The notes beneath the pieces were generated by a model. The model made no database searches, was not told the origin of the DNA, and saw only the letters and a program-made list of their open reading frames with translations. From UHGV virus genome UHGV-0183838: a DNA stretch of 29,982 bases. The stretch is one strand, 5' to 3'. Positions 1-8,513 of the stretch are shown here, piece after piece. A program made the translations under genes and the position numbers. The first letter of the stretch is position 1. Every line of letters starts with the position of its first letter. The stretch is from a virus.

Positions 1-152
1 TGCGCACCTAAATCAATGACTAATGCCGATGGGTCAACTATACTTTTCACGAGTCTTTATGACCTCTCTGGGATAAATTATCCCCAACTTAATCCATCAG
101 GAAGTAACGCAATTATCAGGCGTTATTAGCCCCTATAAATAATGGAACCACT

Positions 153-380
153 ATGTCAGCCATCGACTGTATAATTACCGCTGCCGGATTATCATCAAGA
201 ATGGGGCAATGGAAAATGATGTTACCCTGGCAACAGGGGACAATTCTTGATACAAGTATCAAAAATGCGTTGCAGTTTTGTAGCCGAATTATTTTAGTCA
301 CCGGCTATCGTGGTAATGAACTGCACGAACGTTATGCGAACCAGAGCAATATCACTATTATCCACAACCCCAATAATTAA
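153..380 (+). pseudogene. mocA: 5' fragment (75 codons) of a MobA/MocA-like molybdenum-cofactor nucleotidyltransferase gene, apparently truncated at the prophage junction
   Basis: Translation begins MSAIDCIITAAGLSSRMGQW, a nucleotidyltransferase P-loop-like motif; the ORF stops after HNPNN, far short of a full-length enzyme, directly before the AT-rich att/int region. Identification as mocA is from memory of the E. coli protein, not a search. Confidence 0.5.
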
Positions 381-600
381 GCCCAAATTAAAGCTCTTTT
401 ACTCTTTCAAAATCCTTTCAGTTAATTGAGGTTGAGCTATATAACTCATTTAAATACATTTGGTTATGTGGCTTCTTTAATTGAAAATTCTTTCATGTAA
501 CTTTAAATCGATCAGTTTGCTTTCATCAAAAATCTGTACATATGCTTGTACATAATGTACAAAACAGCAGAGGTGTTTTGCGATTTGTACAAGGTGAGTA
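381..600. promoter_or_regulatory. Putative attL-proximal region and int upstream region with four palindromic TGTACA hexamers
   Basis: AT-rich non-coding stretch between the truncated host ORF and int; TGTACA at 535-540, 547-552, 556-561 and 586-591, the last 10 bp before the int ATG. Confidence 0.3.
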
Positions 601-1824
601 ATGGCGCTGTCTGATGCGTGGTTGCGTTCAGTCGTTGGAAAGGAACGTGATAAGGTTTTGGTTAAATCCGATCGTGATGGTCTGTCTGTCAGAGTATCAC
701 CGAAAGGTCGCGTAGTGTTCCAATATCGTTATCAATGGGCAGGGAAAGGTGAGCGTCTTGATATCGGAACTTACCCGGCAACTGGATTAAAAGAGGCCAG
801 AGAAGAAGTTATCCGTCTCCGTGGTGAACTTGAGTCAAACCGTAATCCACGATTGGTCAAGCAGGCTGAAAAACGAAAAGCTACTGAAGCCATGACGGTA
901 GAGTCTGTGATCCGTGCCTGGTATGAAGCATATTGTGTAAAAAATAAAAAAGGTTCTGAACAGATACTCCGCTCGTTTGAGCTGCACCTGTTCTCTAAAA
1001 TCGGGAATATCCCTCACGATGCAGCTACATTGCATGATTGGTTAGAAGTCCTGGAGCCTCTTAGCACTAAGACTCCAGCAATAGCAGACCGATTGCTAAT
1101 TAACGCAAAGCAGGCCCATGTCTGGGCGTATAAGAGAAAGCTCATTGAAACTCGCCCGCTGTCGGATATCTCGGGTAAAGATATGGATATCCGTAAAGGT
1201 CAGAAGAAACGGTTTCTGACACATGATGAAATTAAAATCCTTTATGCTGCGATCGATGGTTCTCGAATGGTTCCTAAATACCGGGCCTTCATTAAGCTAT
1301 TGCTGCATTTTGGCTGCCGTAGTTCAGAGCTAATTACTGCCAGGGTGGACGATTTTGATTTCATTAATAAGGTATGGACTGTACCACCAGAACGACATAA
1401 GACTGGAGAGATAACAGGCGAACCGCTAAAGAGGCCCATTATTGAACCGGTGGAGGAGCTTATAAAGAACGCTATCTCTATGAACAATGGTTCCGATATG
1501 CTTTTTACTAAGGAAGGAAGCAGGGAACCCGTTGGTCGAACATCATTGCAGTCGCTGCCTTACAATTTAATGCAGTACGCATGGAGGCGTTTGGGGTATC
1601 AATTCCCTCATTGGTCTCTTCATGATTTGAGGCGAACAGCACGAACAAACTTTTCTGATCTTACTGCTCCTCATATTGCAGAAATAATGCTCGGCCATAA
1701 ACTGCCAGGGGTTTGGCAGGTTTATGACAAGAGCGATTATCTAGAAGAACAGCGTAAAGCATATCAGGCATGGTGGGAGAGAGTTGAATCGATCGTTACT
1801 TGTACTGGCCCAGAATCTACCTGA
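601..1824 (+). CDS. int: Tyrosine recombinase, phage integrase (P4-like, N-terminal arm-binding domain)
   Basis: 407 aa; C-terminal catalytic-region motifs (HDLRRTARTNF, LGHKLPGVWQVYD); position next to the host junction; ATG at 601 preceded by AAGGTGAG. Confidence 0.9.
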   Translation: MALSDAWLRSVVGKERDKVLVKSDRDGLSVRVSPKGRVVFQYRYQWAGKGERLDIGTYPATGLKEAREEVIRLRGELESNRNPRLVKQAEKRKATEAMTVESVIRAWYEAYCVKNKKGSEQILRSFELHLFSKIGNIPHDAATLHDWLEVLEPLSTKTPAIADRLLINAKQAHVWAYKRKLIETRPLSDISGKDMDIRKGQKKRFLTHDEIKILYAAIDGSRMVPKYRAFIKLLLHFGCRSSELITARVDDFDFINKVWTVPPERHKTGEITGEPLKRPIIEPVEELIKNAISMNNGSDMLFTKEGSREPVGRTSLQSLPYNLMQYAWRRLGYQFPHWSLHDLRRTARTNFSDLTAPHIAEIMLGHKLPGVWQVYDKSDYLEEQRKAYQAWWERVESIVTCTGPEST

Positions 1825-2074
1825 CAGCTTGCGTAGCCCTGACAGTCTGTTTTGAGCGAACAGTGGACATTTTCAATGGCATTCTTGAGTAGGTTACGCT
1901 TAGACCAGAAGTAAGAGGTGATAGAATTATCAACAATACATAAAACATAGGGGATCCTTATTGATTTATTGATCTTGACCAACTTATGTGATGCAGTATG
2001 TCTTTAACTTGTATTACTATTATCTTTATCTTGTTGTTTCTAATAAACTTATCTTATTTCAGAAAGGAGTTTTT

Positions 2075-3775
2075 ATGCATTTAGTCACGAAATCTTATTT
2101 CGATGCCTTTTGCAAAGCATTCGCTGCGCCCTATGAGGAGACCAAAAATTTTGAGGCGTTTGTGAACTATTGTGCTTTTTCAAAATACTCAGGCGACAAA
2201 GTTGAGGTCAGTGATCTTGTGTATGAAGGCCCGGACCCTGGTATTGATGGCGCATTTTTATTTTTAGACGACAGAGCCATTTTTTCAACTGAAGAACTTC
2301 AGGAGATTTTCCAAAACTCACGTCGCGAGTTTCAAGTTTCATTAATATTCACGCAAGCTAAGTCATCGGAGAAGTGGAGCAAACAGGAAATAGACTCTTA
2401 CATTGCGTCAATAAGAGATTATCTTTCACCAGCGCCACAACAACCCCACAGTGAATATCTAGCGGACTTTAAAAAAATGTTCAACTTGATATTTGCTAAT
2501 ATCGGCAGAGTCAAAAATGGCCTTCCAGACTTATACGCATATTTTTTTAGTGCTGCACAAAATACAGAGGCCAGAGAAATAAAAGCTGCATTTGCATCGG
2601 GTGAAAAAAGCTTAAAGTCACTCGGGTTTTCACATGAAACATCCTTCATTATGGCTCACAAAGACATGATTCATGAGCTTTGGCTTGCTGCGGAAGGTCC
2701 AATAGAAGCTAAACTTCCTACAATAGGCTATGCTCCATTCCCAGCGGCCCCTAATATTAATAATGCCTATGTAGCTACAGTCAAAGCTCGTAGTTTTATT
2801 GATTCTATACTTAAAGACAAAAATGGAAACCCTCGAAAAAAATTATTCGAAGAAAATGTTAGAGATTTTCTGGGAATTGATGGTGACGTAAATTCAGAAA
2901 TTGCAGGAACACTAGATACTGATGGAAAAAAAGCAAGATTTGGTTTAATGAATAATGGAGTGACAATAGTTGCATCAAGCGTGAGGCCTGCAGGGCAAGA
3001 AATTTTTATACGAGATTTTCAAATTGTTAATGGATGTCAAACGTCTAATGTTCTTATATCAAAAGACATTCAAGTAGATGAATCAGTTAGTTTAATGATT
3101 AAATTAATTGAAACCGATGAGCCAGCGATCCTTGATGACATTGTACGAGCTACGAATAGACAATCTAAAGTTGAAGATGCACAGTTCATTTCAACGCTAA
3201 AAAAATTAAGGGAATTAGAGCATTATTTTAATGCTAAAGGTGCTATTGAAGGAAATAAAATTTATTTTGAGAGAAGAAAGGGGCAGTATAGTTCAGAAAG
3301 TATAGCTCCAGTACGCATATTTGATATCAGAGAAGTTGCGCGAGCATATGCTGCTATTGTTATGATGAGACCAGATTATTCCAGTCGTTATCCAAATAGG
3401 TTAACTGGTGACTTACTTAATGAGGTTTTCTCTTCCGATGCCCTCGAGGATGATTATTATATATCTTGCTATTGCTTGTATAGGCTAAAGGCTCTTATCT
3501 CAAATAAGAGGTTTGATGGGAAGTATTCAAAATTACGCTGGCATATTCTAACTGCTGCGTCAAAATACTGTGGTAATAATTATAAGGTTTGGGGGTTCAA
3601 AAATAAAAATGAAGCTCTTCATAACTTATTCTCAATGAATGATGGGGAGTGGTTTGAAAAACTTGAGAGTTTAGTAAAAATAGCTATACCAGATCCGGAT
3701 ATTTCTCGAGACTTACTAAAGTCGCAGCCTTTAACATCAACGATTCTCAAAAGTGTTGATAGCGTACCTAAATAA
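2075..3775 (+). CDS. AIPR-like (abortive infection phage resistance family) protein, candidate anti-phage defense cargo
   Basis: 566 aa from ATG 2075 with SD AAAGGAG at 2063-2069 (the track ORF starts upstream at 1988). Contains the motif FQIVNGCQTSNVLI, which I recall as the conserved NGxQT signature of AIPR proteins. The gene is strikingly AT-rich compared with flanking phage genes and sits between int and xis. Confidence 0.6.
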   Translation: MHLVTKSYFDAFCKAFAAPYEETKNFEAFVNYCAFSKYSGDKVEVSDLVYEGPDPGIDGAFLFLDDRAIFSTEELQEIFQNSRREFQVSLIFTQAKSSEKWSKQEIDSYIASIRDYLSPAPQQPHSEYLADFKKMFNLIFANIGRVKNGLPDLYAYFFSAAQNTEAREIKAAFASGEKSLKSLGFSHETSFIMAHKDMIHELWLAAEGPIEAKLPTIGYAPFPAAPNINNAYVATVKARSFIDSILKDKNGNPRKKLFEENVRDFLGIDGDVNSEIAGTLDTDGKKARFGLMNNGVTIVASSVRPAGQEIFIRDFQIVNGCQTSNVLISKDIQVDESVSLMIKLIETDEPAILDDIVRATNRQSKVEDAQFISTLKKLRELEHYFNAKGAIEGNKIYFERRKGQYSSESIAPVRIFDIREVARAYAAIVMMRPDYSSRYPNRLTGDLLNEVFSSDALEDDYYISCYCLYRLKALISNKRFDGKYSKLRWHILTAASKYCGNNYKVWGFKNKNEALHNLFSMNDGEWFEKLESLVKIAIPDPDISRDLLKSQPLTSTILKSVDSVPK

Positions 3776-3782
3776 AGAGAAG

Positions 3783-3801
3783 GGAAGCTTATTGCTTCCC
3801 A
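3783..3801. terminator. Hairpin between convergent AIPR-like gene and xis (candidate bidirectional terminator)
   Basis: Perfect 7-bp inverted repeat GGGAAGC-ttatt-GCTTCCC 8 bp after the AIPR stop, with A/T-rich flanks on both sides. Confidence 0.4.
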
Positions 3802-4013
3802 ATAAATTAACACACTTATAGAACCCTTGACTTAAACTTTTTACTGGTTCTCTCAGATATCGATAATTTTATAGGTTGTATCATAGCGTGATCGTCTTCA
3901 AGAGAAACAACTTAACATTAAATTAGCAACGTTTGCTCTTGGCACAGACTTGACTGTCAGATTAGTTTGGTCTGTGCCATAGATATGTCAGCTCCCATCT
4001 GAGATAATACACG

Positions 4014-4208
4014 TTACTCAATAACTCCAGCAAATCTGTATATCTTGCGTGATGCCCATTTATTTGGGCAGGATTTAATATCAGGATCTGGAAAGTCAGG
4101 CCTGTATTTCTGGCCAGTTCTCCTGTTTACGCTGTTCCAGCGAAGAACAGTCGATACTGAAACGCCACAGAAGTCGGCGACTTGTTTAGTTGTCATTAAG
4201 TTGTTCAT
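4014..4208 (-). CDS. xis: Excisionase / AlpA-like small DNA-binding protein
   Basis: 64 aa with HTH-like segment TTKQVADFCGVSVSTVLRW; located next to int; start overlaps the upstream gene's stop as TAATG. Confidence 0.7.
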   Translation of the reverse strand: MNNLMTTKQVADFCGVSVSTVLRWNSVNRRTGQKYRPDFPDPDIKSCPNKWASRKIYRFAGVIE

Positions 4209-4828
4209 TACTTCACCTCCTGCGGCGGCTCCGGTAGCGGCATCCAGTGGGTTACTTTCGATGCCGGTTCTTCCCCATCGTCAGTAACTGCCCACCATTT
4301 GTTTCTCGACCAATCGTAATACCCTTCGAAGGTATCGCACTCAGTCCAGCCGTAAGGCTTCCCCCAACACCAAACATACTGTTTATCGTTCGGCATTCGC
4401 TCACTACAGCTTATCCAACCATCCGGAGTTACCGGAGAGTTGCCCGACAGCTTGTTCAACTTGTAAGTCTGGCTTACAGGTTCGGCACCATGAAGCATGG
4501 CGGCGCGGCAGGCGTTCCAGCCTTCATCAAAACCGACTATGCCATTATTTAAAGACGGACGAGCATCTGGCACCACCGGCACTGGCTTGGCTATATATAG
4601 CGGCTGAACATACCAGCCCTTTGATAACCAACTGTCAGCAATGTTTTTACTCCTCGTTATTGCCGGAATACCTAAGCCATTTTCTGAATGCAGCCATGCC
4701 ACCGGCTCCTCTTCTAGCGATGCCAGAGCAATTTCATAAGCACGGCGCTCAATATCGTCTCGAACCTCTAGGCTGCTGATTCGTTCTTTGATTTCTTTAA
4801 TCAGTTCTTTATTGGTAAATGTGGTCAT
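4208..4828 (-). CDS. DUF551-like phage protein
   Basis: 206 aa with a Trp-rich C-terminal region (WISCSERMPNDKQYVWCWGKPYGW...WWAV...THWMPLP) typical of DUF551 proteins in lambdoid early-left operons; TAATG overlap with the upstream gene. Confidence 0.65.
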   Translation of the reverse strand: MTTFTNKELIKEIKERISSLEVRDDIERRAYEIALASLEEEPVAWLHSENGLGIPAITRSKNIADSWLSKGWYVQPLYIAKPVPVVPDARPSLNNGIVGFDEGWNACRAAMLHGAEPVSQTYKLNKLSGNSPVTPDGWISCSERMPNDKQYVWCWGKPYGWTECDTFEGYYDWSRNKWWAVTDDGEEPASKVTHWMPLPEPPQEVK

Positions 4829-5190
4829 TATGCTCCAGCCTCCGGTGCTTTTGGCATTACTGCCCAGTGAGTGATATTGACGTTTTCAAGGTCCCCGACC
4901 TGAAATGTCCACTGCCATTCTCCGGTTTCTTTTTGTCCCCAGGTGTACCAGAGAGAACGCCAGCCAATCAGCCAGCCTTCTCCATTAGCATCAAATAACA
5001 GAACACTTTCATTTGCTGGTGGCAGTTCAGCTGACACTGGTATTATTTTGTTTTCCAGTGCCGCACATTTAGCTTCAAGCGCGTCGAATTTACGTACCAG
5101 GTACTCAGCATTTGTTTCGTTCACTTTCAGATCTCGCGGTACACATTTCCCGCGAAGAAACCCTTCCATTTCGAAAACATTCATGCGCAT
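4828..5190 (-). CDS. Hypothetical phage protein with DUF551-like C-terminus
   Basis: 120 aa; C-terminus (GEWQWTFQVGDLENVNITHWAVMP) resembles the neighbouring DUF551-like protein; GGAG 8 nt upstream of the ATG. Confidence 0.55.
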   Translation of the reverse strand: MRMNVFEMEGFLRGKCVPRDLKVNETNAEYLVRKFDALEAKCAALENKIIPVSAELPPANESVLLFDANGEGWLIGWRSLWYTWGQKETGEWQWTFQVGDLENVNITHWAVMPKAPEAGA

Positions 5191-5717
5191 TTGCGTAACT
5201 CCGATAAATCGTTAAAACGTTCCATAAACATCCCGTAGGCATGACCCGGTGCCAGTGGAATCACGTTGAACATCTCTGTTGCCGGGATGCCTTCCAGTAC
5301 AGGCCAGAAAGAGCCATCATCAAGCCCGAGATCGCGGCGTTCGGTTGCCAGCATGATGAGATCGGCATATTTCACGGGCGTACTCATAACTGGGGGTAAC
5401 CCGTATTTCTCACGGATTACGGCGTCTATTTTTTCTTCCATCCGTTTATAGTCAGGAAGAAGTCGTTTCAGTGGTGCGGGGATGTCCTGGCAATATGCTT
5501 CTGTTGCATCATGCATTAACGCTTCAAAAGCAAATTCCTGCGGTACCAGCTGGCTGCAAAGCACCGCATGTTGGGCGACGCTGTAGAAGTGTGAAAGATG
5601 CCCTGCAAAGCGACAGATATTTGAAAGGGAAACCGCGATATCGTTAATAACGATGTCGTCTTTATTTATCTTGTCATAATAAAAATGCTTCCCGGAAAAA
5701 GTTTTAATAAATGACAT
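5181..5717 (-). CDS. yfdR: HD-domain phosphohydrolase, YfdR-like 5'-deoxynucleotidase
   Basis: 179 aa from the internal ATG at 5717 (GGAG upstream); HD signature residues (FAGHLSH...VAQHA...LMHDATEAY). Resembles the CPS-53 prophage YfdR family. Confidence 0.7.
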   Translation of the reverse strand: MSFIKTFSGKHFYYDKINKDDIVINDIAVSLSNICRFAGHLSHFYSVAQHAVLCSQLVPQEFAFEALMHDATEAYCQDIPAPLKRLLPDYKRMEEKIDAVIREKYGLPPVMSTPVKYADLIMLATERRDLGLDDGSFWPVLEGIPATEMFNVIPLAPGHAYGMFMERFNDLSELRKCA

Positions 5718-5845
5718 TTTGTTCTCCACGTTATGTGCGCTGCACCGCACTGAATTTTGGTAAAAAGAAGCCCTTACCATCCGGCGATTATTGAGTTAAT
5801 TACGTTTCCATAAATGCCCCCGCAGGGGCATTTGCAGTAATGAAA

Positions 5846-6670
5846 TCAGGCGGTGAAAGTACCAATAAAGGTTTCTACTTTGCTGTCTTTGAATTTCTCA
5901 ACAAGCAGATCACGAAATTCGTTAGCCATTTCTTCCTGGACTGCTTCCAACTGAATAATGCGCAGAACCAGTACAGGACGATCGCCAGTGATAATGCTGA
6001 GGCGTAATTTAAACGGACGTTCTTTCAGACCTTCAAACGGAACGCATTTAAATTCAAATGCCACTGGCATAATGTCTTTGGTCTTCGCTTCGACAGATTC
6101 CATCAGGGAGCGTTTGCCGCTGAAGTCATTATCTTCAAAATCAGCGGTCTGGTTTGCTTCAATCGTGATTTTACGGATTGCCGCAGCCGCTTTTGTTGCC
6201 TGAATGGCGTCACCATTAGCATCAAAGCCCACAAGGTAGTCGGCCCAGTCTTCAATCCATTCTGCCAGTGATTTCTGGGAGTTACGCTCGCCGTTAACAG
6301 ACAACAGGGCAGAGAACGGTGCTGTCTTTTTCAGTTTGAGAGTGGCGGTGTTATCTGCGTGACCTGGTTCATCAATAGTACCCAGGTTAAGCACACTGAC
6401 GGCACGCATATTATCAGCATCGATAAAGCAGCGGGTGCCTTCATCTGCAAGATCTTTAGAATAACGGGTAAAGTCATCGATGCTGGCAGTGGAAAGCGCA
6501 CCACGGAAACGGAAGCGATTTAAATTAAATTTTTCCAGATCATGAATGCGGAAATTCTCAGGCAATGCCACAGCATCGGCACCAATCTTACTGATAATTT
6601 CATTAACACCCTGAGCAGAAATAAGGGCATGGATTTGATTAATTGCGGTTGCGTCTAAGTTCTGAGACAT
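5846..6670 (-). CDS. yfdQ: YfdQ-like (DUF2303) phage protein
   Basis: 274 aa, the same length and gene neighbourhood as CPS-53 YfdQ; GAGGA RBS 7 nt upstream of the ATG. Confidence 0.65.
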   Translation of the reverse strand: MSQNLDATAINQIHALISAQGVNEIISKIGADAVALPENFRIHDLEKFNLNRFRFRGALSTASIDDFTRYSKDLADEGTRCFIDADNMRAVSVLNLGTIDEPGHADNTATLKLKKTAPFSALLSVNGERNSQKSLAEWIEDWADYLVGFDANGDAIQATKAAAAIRKITIEANQTADFEDNDFSGKRSLMESVEAKTKDIMPVAFEFKCVPFEGLKERPFKLRLSIITGDRPVLVLRIIQLEAVQEEMANEFRDLLVEKFKDSKVETFIGTFTA

Positions 6671-6735
6671 AATAAGTCCTCACTATATAAAGATATTCAG
6701 TGATGAGATAAATAATCGGTTAATTAAGAACGATA

Positions 6736-7098
6736 TTAATGACCTGCTGCGCGGAGTTTTCCGTCAGGTTCACCGGCAAGAGTCAGTAATTGTCCCTGGT
6801 CTTCCTGCAGAATAGTCAGGCGACCACCGCGATTGACATACATCGGCGTTTCGGTGGTGTCTTCTTCGGAAATTTTCCCGCGGTTAGTCGGGCGAACATA
6901 TGAGAGTTTGTGTTTGATTTTCACACGGTTCTCATCAAATGGTTCGATTTCCAGGTTGAGTGAGACCTTACCTTTGGTTTTCGTGTTCATCACACCTGAA
7001 GCGACTTCACTGAGAACTGCGCCGATTTTGGTTTCAAATACGCCGCCGTCCAGCTCCCCGATAAATGCCTGCACATCAGTACTGCGTTCGCTAGCCAT
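6736..7098 (-). CDS. YfdP-like small phage protein
   Basis: 120 aa from ATG 7098 (MASERSTDVQ...) with GAGGAG 8 nt upstream; the longer track ORF (to 7284) has no RBS and runs through a structured non-coding region. Confidence 0.55.
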   Translation of the reverse strand: MASERSTDVQAFIGELDGGVFETKIGAVLSEVASGVMNTKTKGKVSLNLEIEPFDENRVKIKHKLSYVRPTNRGKISEEDTTETPMYVNRGGRLTILQEDQGQLLTLAGEPDGKLRAAGH

Positions 7099-7146
7099 TT
7101 TGCTGCTCCTCATCATATCGACCCTGCAAGGTCGGTTGGTTTCTCC

Positions 7147-7235
7147 ACAAAACAGAGAAGAACACCTGCGGTGGCAGCCGCCCGGATGGATTGGGTTATG
7201 AGCCCGTCGTCCGGTGATGCTCTTCTCTGTTTTGT
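7147..7235. other. Long perfect inverted repeat (15-bp arms) in the leader of the leftward early operon
   Basis: ACAAAACAGAGAAGA at 7147-7161 and its exact reverse complement TCTTCTCTGTTTTGT at 7221-7235; a second 10-bp inverted repeat GCGGTACCAG/CTGGTACCGC at 7243-7252 and 7272-7281. No T-run follows, so not a typical intrinsic terminator. Confidence 0.4.
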
Positions 7236-7726
7236 AAAAAGAGCGGTACCAGCCGGAAGCAAGTGTACAAACTGGTACCGCCAAAGCAGTGGCTGTTGTG
7301 GTGACCGGTGCTGATCTCCGGCTTGCGGTTATTTCAGACTCTCACGGGCGTTTAATTGCCCCGCCGAACAGCTCTTTTCCGCATTAGCTGCAATGTCTTT
7401 CGCGCATCAGCCTGCGCATTCACCACAACGCTGAGAGCACTTAGCCAGTTACGGCACCACACTTTGTCGCGGCTCCATAAATGCCCTCATCGTTGCACCC
7501 TGGTCTCTTCCCAGGCGTCAAACCGGATCGCCACGCTGGTTAGGCGTCTTATCAGCATCATCATTGACTTGCACATTCCGGCTACCTGGTTTGTTTGCCC
7601 GAGCAAGGAGTGGATTGTCCCCTTTAACGTCCCCAGACCGCTAACGACGCATGTGCCATACGCCGTGTTACAACCAAATTTTGTTAGTACCTTGTTTGTT
7701 TGTCTGGAAAGAAAGATAAAATGAAG

Positions 7727-7765
7727 TTGCGCATTATGCAAGTGTTTTTGTTGCGAGATATGCAA
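7727..7765. promoter_or_regulatory. Candidate left operator pair (oL-like) for the CI repressor
   Basis: Two 15-bp sites TTGCGCATTATGCAA (7727-7741) and TTGCGAGATATGCAA (7751-7765) sharing the pattern TTGCG-N6-GCAA with a site at 8534-8548 in the cI/cro intergenic region. Confidence 0.45.
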
Positions 7766-7780
7766 TTTAAAGGGTAATGA

Positions 7781-7801
7781 AAAGCCACCTTTGGGTGGCT
7801 A
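7781..7801 (-). terminator. Rho-independent terminator downstream of cI
   Basis: AGCCACC-tttg-GGTGGCT hairpin; on the minus strand it is followed by a T-rich tract, about 20 bp after the cI stop. Confidence 0.5.
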
Positions 7802-7820
7802 ATTGATGAGGAGGTAAGGG

Positions 7821-8513
7821 TTAATTGTGTCGCTTAAGGGTTTGTGACTGGCTGATTAAGACCTTTCCAAAGACCATAAACCGGTGTTCATTTTCGCTGG
7901 TAATTCCCCATTCACGGTAAATCTGGTTATCAGAAATCACCAGTAGTTTGTCAGGTATCATTTGCAGTCGTTTGACATAAATTTTATCATCAAAACCAAA
8001 TACATAGATACCATCTCCATCAAACTGATTGATACTGACATCAACGAAGATGAGATCTCCTGGCTCAATGGTTGGACACATACTGTCCCCACGAACGTTG
8101 ATAACTTTAATGTGATTGGCTGGCCGTCCGCCAAACATCGATACAGCATTATCAGTTCTGTATTCAATGGCATGAATCACATCAATGACATCACCGCCCT
8201 GGATAAGGCCATTTCCCGCACTGGCACTGACATCCAGCATTTCAATACGGAATACATCCTTCACCTGCGCAACATCCTCACTAATACTGTTTTTACATAC
8301 AGTATTACTTTTGAAGTCTGAGGTAAAGAGATCAGCAATATCAACACCTAAGCTCCTGGCAATATTACTCAGGGCTTGTTCAGTGAATTGTTTCTGCTTA
8401 CCTGTTTCCAGGCGTGAGATATTCGCCGCATCCACTCCTATTGCTTCAGCGAGATCGGCGATTTTCATGTTCTTCGCCTGGCGAAGTTGTCTGACTCGGT
8501 TTCCTATGTTCAT
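7821..8513 (-). CDS. cI: CI-like prophage repressor (XRE-type HTH plus S24 LexA-like autopeptidase domain)
   Basis: 230 aa; N-terminal HTH (IADLAEAIGVDAANISRLETGK), C-terminal S24 motifs (GDSMCPTI, KRL); divergent from a Cro-like gene. Confidence 0.9.
   Translation of the reverse strand: MNIGNRVRQLRQAKNMKIADLAEAIGVDAANISRLETGKQKQFTEQALSNIARSLGVDIADLFTSDFKSNTVCKNSISEDVAQVKDVFRIEMLDVSASAGNGLIQGGDVIDVIHAIEYRTDNAVSMFGGRPANHIKVINVRGDSMCPTIEPGDLIFVDVSINQFDGDGIYVFGFDDKIYVKRLQMIPDKLLVISDNQIYREWGITSENEHRFMVFGKVLISQSQTLKRHN

Noticed and set aside
116-301. 61-aa ORF on the minus strand
   Set aside because: Lies antisense within the nucleotidyltransferase gene fragment; no RBS; composition typical of an antisense artefact.
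534-566. CTGT...ACAG as a LexA box upstream of int
   Set aside because: Spacing between CTGT and ACAG is about 25 bp rather than 8, so it does not fit the SOS-box consensus; the TGTACA repeats are reported separately.
381-600. tRNA gene as integration target next to the P4-like integrase
   Set aside because: No cloverleaf-compatible sequence (acceptor stem, T-loop GTTC motif, CCA context) was recognisable by eye; the junction instead abuts a truncated protein-coding gene.
1764-1982. 72-aa minus-strand ORF overlapping the 3' end of int
   Set aside because: Overlaps the integrase coding sequence and runs into the AT-rich spacer; no RBS or recognisable family.
7356-7765. Two ORFs (122 aa plus strand, 92 aa minus strand) in the N-position region
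   Set aside because: No RBS, alternative start codons only, low-complexity translation; the minus-strand ORF begins inside the candidate oL operators. Treated as structured non-coding sequence instead.
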